A stretch of 64,000 nucleotides of DNA from Candidatus Latescibacterota bacterium. Lineage in GTDB: Bacteria; Latescibacterota; UBA2968. The notes beneath the pieces are model-generated. The model ran no database searches. It had not been told where the DNA came from and saw nothing but the letters and a program-made list of their open reading frames with translations. Positions 41,622 to 50,107 of the stretch are shown piece by piece (position 1 is the first letter of the stretch; the number at the start of each line of letters is the position of its first letter). The position numbers and the translations under genes were made by a program. Where the stretch lies: contig OZ220741.1 in the NCBI GenBank assembly GCA_965116885.1, forward strand, positions 2,944,001 through 3,008,000, in the 5' to 3' direction.

Positions 41622-41700
41622 TAGAAAAAGTTTTGTTAAACGGTGTGAGCGCAAATTAGTGTGCAAAATGGTTCAAATTTTGGGTCACAAATTGGGCCTT

Positions 41701-44700
41701 TTAAGGGCGTTTGATCCCCAGTTTTTTCATTTTGCTATACAGGGTAGAGGGCGGTAATCTTAGCAGTGCCGCTGCTCCTCTATCTCCACTTATCTGATAG
41801 TTGGTGATTTTGAGTACTTCGAGAATATAGTGTCGCTCATATTCGTCCAAAGGCACGACTTCGCGGTCTTGAGAAACTGTCACGGTGTTCTTTTTAAGAT
41901 CGGGAGCCGGGCCTCCGATTCGGAAACCATACAGTCCCAGATCACCCACTTCGATTTGCGAACCGCGACACACGATTACGGCTCGCTGTATCGTATGCTC
42001 CAATTCTCGCACGTTTCCAGGCCAATCGCAGGTTTGTAACGCCTCGATTACCTCTGGCGTCAAAGGAGCTATTTGCTTGCCCAGGTGTGTGGCCATGCGA
42101 TTTTTGAAAAACTCGGCAAGGTGCGGGATGTCTTCCTTGCGCTCGCGCAAGGGGGGGAGATAGATTGGAAAAACCTGGAAACGATAATACAGGTCCTCGC
42201 GGAATGCACCTGAACTGACCAGTTCCTCAAGATTGCGATTGGTCGCTGCCACAATGCGCGCCTGCACCTTCAGCGTCTCGCTACCTCCAACGCGCTCATA
42301 AGTGCCCTCTTCCAGCAAGCGCAACATCCTGACCTGTGTTTGCGGAGCCATATCGCTGACCTCATCCAAAAAGAGCGTGCCGCCCTTCGCCAATTCTACC
42401 TTGCCCAGCCTGCGAGACACTGCGCTGGTAAACGCGCCCTTTTCGTGACCAAACAGTTCACTGTCGATCAGCGTTGCTGGCAACGCTCCGCAGTTGACCT
42501 GTATAAAAGGGCCATCGCTATTGGGACTCTGCGCGTGTAATACCCGCGCAGCCAATCCCTTGCCTACACCCGTTTCGCCTATAAACAGCACCGACAGATC
42601 AGTGGGTACTACCTTTCTGAGCTGGAATTGAAACTGTTGCAAAACCTCGCTGTGACCGATAAACTCGTTATCCCCCTGAGTATTGAGTGTCGCAGTCAGG
42701 CCCTCAATACGCGGATCTGGCTCTACCGAGAGTTGAATCTGCGCGATCCCTGAGTAATTGAGGTCGCGATCTATCGCTCTGACCTGAAACGTGTACTCGC
42801 CCGGTGGCAAGTTCTGATAATGCGCCCTCATTTCTCGTGTCGCAGGCTGCCAGTCGGGGTCGTATCCCTTCAGGCGATAGATGTAGAGCATGTCGCGGGG
42901 ATGGGTAGAAAAACTCAGGCTTTTGTATTCAAAAATTACATCTTGATCCATCGTAGATACGATGTCTTCCTTCAGGTTCTCATAGACCTGACCAGCGATA
43001 ACTTGAATCAGGCGAATCAGGGGCGGCGTCTGTCGCTGGCGGTAGCGCACCAGAGTGTTTTGGGCTGTACCGAAATAGAAGGCGCCATCGCGGTCTTCGA
43101 GTATTTTGAGCACCGGTCCTATATGCGGTGATTTGATGGTCTGGAAAAGCTGGCCATCGTAGTGAACTACGCCGCCGTCTGTGCCGAGCCAGAGGCGACC
43201 TTGAGAGTCCTCAAGCAAGCAATGGATGCGGTTGTTCGGTAAACCGTCTTCAGTCGTGAAGGTCTGGAAGGTGCTACCATTAAAACAGGCAAGACCGCCC
43301 TGGGTAGCCACCCACAGGTTGCCATGGCGGTCTAATAGCAGGTCACTGACCCTGTCGTCGATCAGCCCGTCTTCAACCCCGTAAAATTTGAGGTCATCTT
43401 TGGGATGCCAGCGTGCGAAGCCCTTGTCGATGTCAGAGAAATGTTGATGAGCGAGATAAAAATAAACCTCGCCATTGCGCCCGGTAATCACAGTACCAAT
43501 GTAGCTGAAAGGATCCTTATTTTTATCTTTAACAAAAATGGTTTGGAACTCTTCGCCCCGCTGCCAAGTGAGTCTCAAAGGACTGGCAAAAAGTGCTTTT
43601 TTTTCTTTGTCTTTTTTATTTTCCCAATGACCAAAAAAAAATTGCCCTTCCCCATCCTGGGCAATTGCACAAATACTGCTTGAACCTGCGGTTGTTTCTA
43701 TTTTTTCTATCTTCTGCCCATCGTAGCGGAATAAGCCATTGACGCCGCCAAACCACAGATACCCGTCGTGGTCTTCGTAGATGGCAAAACAGTTGTTGAT
43801 ATCAAAGCCATTCTCAGGGCCTGCAAAGTCAAGGTCCTCTCCATCAAAGCGAAAGACGCTATTGCTTTGATATTTAAAAACAGGCGACACAGACCCCACC
43901 CATATATCACCGCGACTATCTTGTACGATCTGCGAGATCTCGCTCACGCTTTCAGAGGCCCTTGCACGAAAGTCGAAAATGCTGATACTATGCGCATCGT
44001 AAAGGCCGACGCCTCCCCAGGTGGCAAACCAATACTGATGCTCGCGATCCTGGAACACGGCTTTGACTGCGGGATGGGGCAGACCATCGGCAGGGGTAAA
44101 CCTGCTGAACCCATCACCGTCTTGATAGAGCACCCCGTCTGAAGTGCTAAACCACATCCGACCTGTACCGTCGCACTGAATTTTGCGCAGGTCACTATCC
44201 AAATCGACTTGAACAGGCTGGAAGGTACCATCGGTATAGCACCAGAGTCCGTTCTGAGGTCCACGCTGACCAACCCACACCTTGCCGGTATTGTCCCGAC
44301 TCACCGCATAGCTTATATCGACTGTAGGAAACCCCTCTTTCTCTTCGTAGCGGTGGAAAGATGTGCCATCAAAGCGAATGAGGTGGCTAAAGCCAAACCA
44401 CAGATAACCTTCCAGGTCCTGGGCAATGCCCCGACACTGTTTACGACGAAGCAGCGGCTCGTAGTGCTTAAGGTAGAGCGGCATCAGGTCGTGGAACACA
44501 GTCCCGTCGTAATATCCCATAGTCCTGTGACCACCACACCATATACGCCCTTCGCGGTCTTCGTAGATGAACTGGACAGCACGGCCTGCTATCCCGTCGT
44601 CTTCCAAATGATGGAAGTTTGTACCGTCGTACCAGCAGACGCCATTTAATGTGCCGAACCACAACCGATTCTGACTGTCCTTTTGAATAAAATAAACGCG

Positions 44701-44895
44701 TTCGCTAATAAGACCGTCCTGTCGCGTAAAATTTCGAAACACATCTCCATCAAAGCGACTAACGCCGTTATCACAGGTGGCGAACCAGAGATAGCCCGCG
44801 CTGTCTTCGGCGATGTGTTCAATGCGCATCCCAGCCAGACCATCGGCTATAGAATAAGTCCGCCAGGTGCCTTTGTGGTTAAGTGATTTGAGCAT
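41701..44895 (-). CDS. Beta-propeller (Reg_prop) + Y_Y_Y + sigma54 enhancer-binding AAA+/HTH protein, copy 1
   Basis: DGL..I.ED..G.LW..T..G repeats; YIYRLKGYD..W...Y.NLPPGEYTFQVRA; GETGVGK, GAFTSA, LFLDE, WPGNVREL, Fis-type HTH. Confidence 0.93.
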   Translation of the reverse strand: MLKSLNHKGTWRTYSIADGLAGMRIEHIAEDSAGYLWFATCDNGVSRFDGDVFRNFTRQDGLISERVYFIQKDSQNRLWFGTLNGVCWYDGTNFHHLEDDGIAGRAVQFIYEDREGRIWCGGHRTMGYYDGTVFHDLMPLYLKHYEPLLRRKQCRGIAQDLEGYLWFGFSHLIRFDGTSFHRYEEKEGFPTVDISYAVSRDNTGKVWVGQRGPQNGLWCYTDGTFQPVQVDLDSDLRKIQCDGTGRMWFSTSDGVLYQDGDGFSRFTPADGLPHPAVKAVFQDREHQYWFATWGGVGLYDAHSISIFDFRARASESVSEISQIVQDSRGDIWVGSVSPVFKYQSNSVFRFDGEDLDFAGPENGFDINNCFAIYEDHDGYLWFGGVNGLFRYDGQKIEKIETTAGSSSICAIAQDGEGQFFFGHWENKKDKEKKALFASPLRLTWQRGEEFQTIFVKDKNKDPFSYIGTVITGRNGEVYFYLAHQHFSDIDKGFARWHPKDDLKFYGVEDGLIDDRVSDLLLDRHGNLWVATQGGLACFNGSTFQTFTTEDGLPNNRIHCLLEDSQGRLWLGTDGGVVHYDGQLFQTIKSPHIGPVLKILEDRDGAFYFGTAQNTLVRYRQRQTPPLIRLIQVIAGQVYENLKEDIVSTMDQDVIFEYKSLSFSTHPRDMLYIYRLKGYDPDWQPATREMRAHYQNLPPGEYTFQVRAIDRDLNYSGIAQIQLSVEPDPRIEGLTATLNTQGDNEFIGHSEVLQQFQFQLRKVVPTDLSVLFIGETGVGKGLAARVLHAQSPNSDGPFIQVNCGALPATLIDSELFGHEKGAFTSAVSRRLGKVELAKGGTLFLDEVSDMAPQTQVRMLRLLEEGTYERVGGSETLKVQARIVAATNRNLEELVSSGAFREDLYYRFQVFPIYLPPLRERKEDIPHLAEFFKNRMATHLGKQIAPLTPEVIEALQTCDWPGNVRELEHTIQRAVIVCRGSQIEVGDLGLYGFRIGGPAPDLKKNTVTVSQDREVVPLDEYERHYILEVLKITNYQISGDRGAAALLRLPPSTLYSKMKKLGIKRP

Positions 44896-44992
44896 AAAAC
44901 CTCATGATACAGGTAAAAATTTTAGTTCATAGTGGGGCTCCTTTCTAACTCCTGAGAAGGTAACCGCCAAAACGAGTCTAGTCCACTAACAC

Positions 44993-45316
44993 TTACAAGT
45001 CCTCGACTCTTTCGTACTCATTACGGGCACGACGTAATAGTCCCGTCTTCTTAGTATCAACGACAGGACGAGCTTCCACATTATTCGTAACGGACATTGC
45101 CAAAGCCACAACCCATCCGATAAACGTCCATCCAAGAAATAAATTGATTACCAGAATGGAGGCTCGGTTTCTATGGTATCGAAAAAATGCAGTAATTGCC
45201 GGAGCGAAGTAAAGTGCCAGTAAGAGCACCAGAATAAACTGACCCATCCCGGTATTTAATAAAGTGTCCCTGAGATCTAACAACGCTAAATACAGCATTA
45301 ATAAGTTATCATACAT
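44993..45316 (-). CDS. Superinfection immunity protein (T4 Imm-like)
   Basis: LYFAPAITAFFRYHRNRASILVINLFLGWTFIGWVVALAMS matches the Imm signature YF.P..A..R.H.N...I..NL.LGWT.IGW..AL; start 45316 or 45247. Confidence 0.85.
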   Translation of the reverse strand: MYDNLLMLYLALLDLRDTLLNTGMGQFILVLLLALYFAPAITAFFRYHRNRASILVINLFLGWTFIGWVVALAMSVTNNVEARPVVDTKKTGLLRRARNEYERVEDL

Positions 45317-45419
45317 ATCTAATTTCTCATCGTGTAGTTTGACAAGAAATAAACCGACAAGCCTCAAAACAGTTCAAATTTTGGGTCACATATTCTTCTT
45401 TGCGAAAAAACTTTAAACT

Positions 45420-45437
45420 AAGCAATATCCGTGCCAA
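45420..45437 (-). promoter_or_regulatory. Sigma54 (-24/-12) promoter
   Basis: Minus strand TTGGCACGGATATTGCTT, with exact GG-N10-GC spacing. Confidence 0.88.
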
Positions 45438-45539
45438 CGTGAACTTTTTACAAGACTTTTTTAATTATAAAGTATTATTTATATTGAATTAATTAGAGAA
45501 TAGTATATAAAAGTTAGTCTGAAATTTTATATTTCTAAT

Positions 45540-45573
45540 CACTATATATCGTGGTATTTAACCATATATCGTG
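45540..45573. promoter_or_regulatory. Paired enhancer (UAS)-like sites
   Basis: ATATATCGTG at 45544 and 45564 (20-bp period), near-palindrome CACGATATATCGTG, about 105-140 bp upstream of the -24 box. Confidence 0.7.
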
Positions 45574-45605
45574 ATTGCCAATATTAAGAATATATGATGC
45601 ACAAT

Positions 45606-48600
45606 TTAAGGAAGTTTGATGCCCAGTTTTCTCATTTTGCCATACAGGGTAGAAGGCGGTAATCTCAGCAGTGCCGCTGCGCCCCTATCCCCACTTATCT
45701 GATAATTGGTGATCTTGAGCACTTCGAGAATATAGTGTCGCTCATATTCGTCCAAAGGTACGACTTCGCGGTCTTGAGAAACTGTCACGGTGCGCCTCTT
45801 TAGATCAGGAGCCGTGCCTTCGATTCGAGAACCATGCAGTCCCAGATCCTCCGCTTTGATTTGAGAACCGCGACACACGATTACGGCTCGCTGTATCGTA
45901 TGCTCTAATTCCCGCACATTGCCTGGCCAATCGCAGGTTTGCAACACCTCGATAACCTCTGGCGTCAAGGGAACTATTTGCTTGCCCAAATGTGTGGCCA
46001 TGCGATTTTTGAAAAACTCAGCGAGGTGCGGGATATCCTCTCTGCGCTCGCGCAAGGGAGGGAGAAGAATCGGAAAAACCTGGAAACGATAATACAGATC
46101 CTCGCGGAAAGTACCTGAACTGACCATCTCCTCCAGATTGCGATTGGTCGCAGCCACAATGCGCGCCTGTATCGATAGCGTCTCACTACCCCCAACGCGC
46201 TCATAAGTGCCCTCTTCCAGCAAGCGCAACATCCTGGCTTGTGTTCCCACAGCCATATCGCTGACCTCATCCAAAAAGAGCGTACCACCCTTAGCCAGTT
46301 CCACCTTGCCTAACCTGCGGGACTCTGCGCTGGTAAACGACCCTTTCTCGTGACCAAACAGTTCACTGTCGATCAGCGTTTCAGACAGTGCTCCGCAGTT
46401 GACCTGTATAAAAGGTCCATTACAATAGGGACTCTGCGCGTGTAACACCCGCGCAGCCAATCCCTTGCCTACACCCGTCTCGCCTATAATCAGCACGGAT
46501 AGATCAGTGGATGCTACCTTTCTGAGTTTGCTTTGAAACTGTTGCAAAACCTCGCTTTGACCGATAAACTCGTTATCCCCCTGGTTATTGAGTGTTGCAG
46601 TCAGGCCCTCAATACGCGGATCTGGCTCTACCGAGAGTTGAATCTGCGTGATCTCTGAGTAATTGAGGTCGCGATCTATCGCTCTGACCTGAAAGGTGTA
46701 TTCGCCCGGCGACAAGTTCCGGTAGTAGGCCCGCATCTCTCGGGTCGCTGGTTGCCAGTCAGCATCGTAGCCCTTCAGGCGATAGATGTAGAGCATGTCG
46801 CGGGGATGGGTGGAAAAACTCAGGCCCTTATACTCGAAAATCACCTGCTGATCTGTGGTAGATACAATGCCTTCCTGCAGGTCCTCATAGACCTGATCGG
46901 CGACAACTTGAAGCAGGCGAACCCTGGGCGTAGTCTGTCGTTGGCGATAGCGCACCAAAGAATTTTGGGCTGTGCCGAAATAGAAGTTTCCGTCACGAGC
47001 TTCGAGTATTTTGAGCACCGGTCCTATATGGGGTGACTTGATGGTCTGGAAAAGCTGGCCATCGTAGTGAGCCACACCGCCGTCTGTACCAAGCCAGAGG
47101 TGGCCTCGCCGATCTTCAAGCAAGCAACGGATGCGGTTGCTCGGCAGACCGTCTTCAGTAGTGAAGCTCTGGAAGGTATTGCCATCAAAGCAACAAAGAC
47201 CGCCCTGAGTAGCCGCCCACAGGTTGCCATTGCGGTCTAATAGCAGGTCATTGACGTTGTGGTCTATCAGTCCATTTTCAATTCCATAAAACTTAAGCCC
47301 ATCTTCGGGATGCCAGCGTGCGAAACCCTTAGCGTTGTCGGAAAAATTTTGGTGAATGAGATGAAAATAGACCTCGCCATTGCGCCCGGTAATCACAGTA
47401 CCAATGTAGCTGAAAGGGTCCTTATTTTTATCTTCTACAAAAATGGCTTGGAACTGCTCACCCCGCTGATAAATGATCTTCAAAGGACTGACAAGAAGAT
47501 CTTTTTTTTCGATTATGTTGTTTCTTTCCCAATGGCCAAAAATGAATCGCCCTTGCGAGTCCTGGGTAATTGCACTGACACTTCTTTTTCCTAAACCTGC
47601 GATTGTTTGCATTTTTTTTATCTTCTTCCCATTGTAGCGGAACAAGCCATTGTGACCACCAAACCACAGGTCCCCATCGCAGTCCTCGTAGATAGCGAAA
47701 CAGTTGTCGATATCAAAGCCATCCTCAATGCCTACAAAGTCAAAGTCCTCGCCATCAAAGCGAAAAACGCTTTTCTCCAGCCGGTTGAGAGCGGGAGCTA
47801 CATACCCGACCCACATATCACCTCGCCGATCTTGTGCGATCTGGGAGATCTCGCTCACTCTTTTAGAACCCCTTGAGCTGAAGTCGAAAACGCTGATACT
47901 ATGTGCATCGTAAAGCCCGACGCCACCCCAGGTGGCGAACCAGAACTGATGATCGCGATCCTGCAACACAGCTTTGACTGCGGGATGGGGCAGGCCATCG
48001 TCAGGGGTAAATCTGCAGAATCCATCACCGTCTTGATAGAGTGCCCCTTCTGAAGTGCTAAACCACATTCGACCTTCCCGGTCACACTGGATTTTGCGCA
48101 GTGGGCTACCCAAATTTATCTCAACCGGCTCAAAGGTGCCATGGGTATAGCACCAGAGTTCGTTTTTGCTTTCGTGCTGCCCCACCCACACCTTACCGGT
48201 ATTGTCCTGCCCCACAGCATAGTTTATCTTGCCTCGCGGAAACCCCTCTTTCTCTTCATAGCGGTGGAAGGATTGACCATCGAAACGGATGAGGTAGTTA
48301 AAGCCAAACCACATGTGGCCTTCTGGGTCCTCGACAATGCCCCGGCACTGGTTGGGCCACTCAGGAGAAGGTGGTTCCTGATACTGCTGAAGGTAGAGCG
48401 GAATCATGTCTCGGAACACAGTACCGTCGTAATATCCCAGGGTCCTGTGACCGCCACACCATATACGCCCTTCATTATCTTCGTAGATGAACTGGACAGG
48501 TCGGCGTGCGATCCCGGTATCTTCCAAATGGCGGAACTCTGATCCGTCATACCAGCAGACACCACTTAATGTACCGAACCACAACCGCTTCTGACTGTCC

Positions 48601-48815
48601 TTTGAAATAAAATAAACGTGGTCGTTAACAAGACCATTCTGTTTGGTAAAATTCTGAAACTCGTCTCCATCGAAGCGACTAACACCGTTGTCCCATGTGG
48701 CGAACCAGAGATAACCTTCGCTATCCTCGGCGATGTGTTCAATGCGCATCCCGGCCAGGCCATCGGCTATAGAATACGTCCGATAGGTGCCTTTGCGGTT
48801 AAGTGATTTGACCAT
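45606..48815 (-). CDS. Beta-propeller (Reg_prop) + Y_Y_Y + sigma54 enhancer-binding protein, copy 2
   Basis: Collinear paralog of copy 1; GETGVGK, GSFTSA, WPGNVREL; start set at ATG 48815 by the GAGGT RBS and by homology. Confidence 0.93.
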   Translation of the reverse strand: MVKSLNRKGTYRTYSIADGLAGMRIEHIAEDSEGYLWFATWDNGVSRFDGDEFQNFTKQNGLVNDHVYFISKDSQKRLWFGTLSGVCWYDGSEFRHLEDTGIARRPVQFIYEDNEGRIWCGGHRTLGYYDGTVFRDMIPLYLQQYQEPPSPEWPNQCRGIVEDPEGHMWFGFNYLIRFDGQSFHRYEEKEGFPRGKINYAVGQDNTGKVWVGQHESKNELWCYTHGTFEPVEINLGSPLRKIQCDREGRMWFSTSEGALYQDGDGFCRFTPDDGLPHPAVKAVLQDRDHQFWFATWGGVGLYDAHSISVFDFSSRGSKRVSEISQIAQDRRGDMWVGYVAPALNRLEKSVFRFDGEDFDFVGIEDGFDIDNCFAIYEDCDGDLWFGGHNGLFRYNGKKIKKMQTIAGLGKRSVSAITQDSQGRFIFGHWERNNIIEKKDLLVSPLKIIYQRGEQFQAIFVEDKNKDPFSYIGTVITGRNGEVYFHLIHQNFSDNAKGFARWHPEDGLKFYGIENGLIDHNVNDLLLDRNGNLWAATQGGLCCFDGNTFQSFTTEDGLPSNRIRCLLEDRRGHLWLGTDGGVAHYDGQLFQTIKSPHIGPVLKILEARDGNFYFGTAQNSLVRYRQRQTTPRVRLLQVVADQVYEDLQEGIVSTTDQQVIFEYKGLSFSTHPRDMLYIYRLKGYDADWQPATREMRAYYRNLSPGEYTFQVRAIDRDLNYSEITQIQLSVEPDPRIEGLTATLNNQGDNEFIGQSEVLQQFQSKLRKVASTDLSVLIIGETGVGKGLAARVLHAQSPYCNGPFIQVNCGALSETLIDSELFGHEKGSFTSAESRRLGKVELAKGGTLFLDEVSDMAVGTQARMLRLLEEGTYERVGGSETLSIQARIVAATNRNLEEMVSSGTFREDLYYRFQVFPILLPPLRERREDIPHLAEFFKNRMATHLGKQIVPLTPEVIEVLQTCDWPGNVRELEHTIQRAVIVCRGSQIKAEDLGLHGSRIEGTAPDLKRRTVTVSQDREVVPLDEYERHYILEVLKITNYQISGDRGAAALLRLPPSTLYGKMRKLGIKLP

Positions 48816-49031
48816 AAAAAACCTCATGATACAGGTAAAATTTTAGTTCACATCGGATAATAAATCGCGAATATAAAACCCTTCTTAATCTGTGTATTAT
48901 TATAACGAAATTTCAAGGAAACAGTTGTGGTTCACGAGCCTTCTTATCTGAAGGGTTGAACTGAAACAAGCTGGTTTTTCACTACATTATTCCCACTTGA
49001 TTTTTGAATTTTAAAACTATACATTTAGCAA

Positions 49032-49129
49032 TAGAGTGGGTTATGGTTTGTTGGACCATTCCTGTTCTGTATGTTGCGGCAGGGGGCCATAGGCTGACTA
49101 CCAATCCGACCTGGCCTTCTGCCGTTTTT
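49032..49129 (+). ncRNA. Candidate small RNA, cis-antisense to the leader of activator copy 2
   Basis: TTGATT-17-TACATT promoter (48997-49025), long GC stem 49077-49124, T5 tail. Confidence 0.45.
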
Positions 49130-49231
49130 GCTGCAATTAAAAATAAATTTCTGTTTTTTTAATCTGATATTAAAGAAAGCAAAAGTCAAGATTTTCTATT
49201 ATATGTAGAATGATTCAACACATATAACATG

Positions 49232-49268
49232 AGAAAAAGGCGCGTTTTGAACGCGCCTTTTTCTTTTT
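49232..49268. terminator. Bidirectional intrinsic terminator
   Basis: AGAAAAAGGCGCGTT-TTG-AACGCGCCTTTTTCT. Confidence 0.85.
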
Positions 49269-49279
49269 CGTCAGGAGGT

Positions 49280-50098
49280 TTAGAAAAAGGGAAAAAGTTT
49301 TGGGATGTTGTCATCTGTGAGCGCGCTGCCGTATTCGCAGCCTTCATAAGCTTCGGCATATTGGATTTTTGAGCCGCGTTCTTGTCCGTAGTATTTGATC
49401 AGTAGGTCGCGATAGCGATCCGCTATCGCGCGAGATTGATTGAGGCGATGCCGCAACCATTTGCGGCGGTTTTGTGGCGATTCGGGTACCTGGTCGAGGT
49501 GGCCCGCGTTAAAGGGTAGCCATTCGTACATTTGCGATGTGTGGCAGTGTAGCATGTCGAGTTTTTTGTCGATGACATCGTCTATGGCTATGACGACATC
49601 GGGAGAGAAAGGTTGAGGCTTTTGGAAGTTGTCGCTCAGGTACGCAATGACGGGGTTGTACGACAGGGCGGGTGTGTCTGTGCAGATGTTGGGCACGGTG
49701 ACCATGTATGCCGAGTCTTGCACGAGGATGGATGTGTAGCGGTGATCGGGATGGTAATCGTTGGGGCGATGGGTCAGGATGAGGTCTGGCGTGTAGTTGC
49801 GAATCTGGCGGATGATTTTTTTGCGATTTTCAAGGGTGGGTTCAAGTTCGCCGTCGTGGTTGTCGAGTACGTGGTATTCGATGCCCGCGACTGCACCTGC
49901 TGCCTGGGCTTCGGCGCGGCGACGACGGGCGAGTTCAACGCCGCCAATTTCGTGATGGCCCGCGTCGCCGTTGGTGACAGAGACAAATTTTACCTCGTGC
50001 CCGAGGCTTGCGTATTTGATGGCGATGCCGCCCGCTTTGATATCGCAATCGTCGGGATGGGCGCCAAAGACGATGATTTTCAGGGAATGGTTGTTCAT
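49280..50098 (-). CDS. PIG-L/LmbE family deacetylase
   Basis: AHPDD, T.GD.G, R..EA, YHPDH. Confidence 0.93.
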   Translation of the reverse strand: MNNHSLKIIVFGAHPDDCDIKAGGIAIKYASLGHEVKFVSVTNGDAGHHEIGGVELARRRRAEAQAAGAVAGIEYHVLDNHDGELEPTLENRKKIIRQIRNYTPDLILTHRPNDYHPDHRYTSILVQDSAYMVTVPNICTDTPALSYNPVIAYLSDNFQKPQPFSPDVVIAIDDVIDKKLDMLHCHTSQMYEWLPFNAGHLDQVPESPQNRRKWLRHRLNQSRAIADRYRDLLIKYYGQERGSKIQYAEAYEGCEYGSALTDDNIPKLFPFF

Positions 50099-50107
50099 AG
50101 TGGTTCC

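Noticed and set aside
44993..45316. imm gene as evidence of a prophage
   Set aside because: No structural, replication or integrase genes nearby
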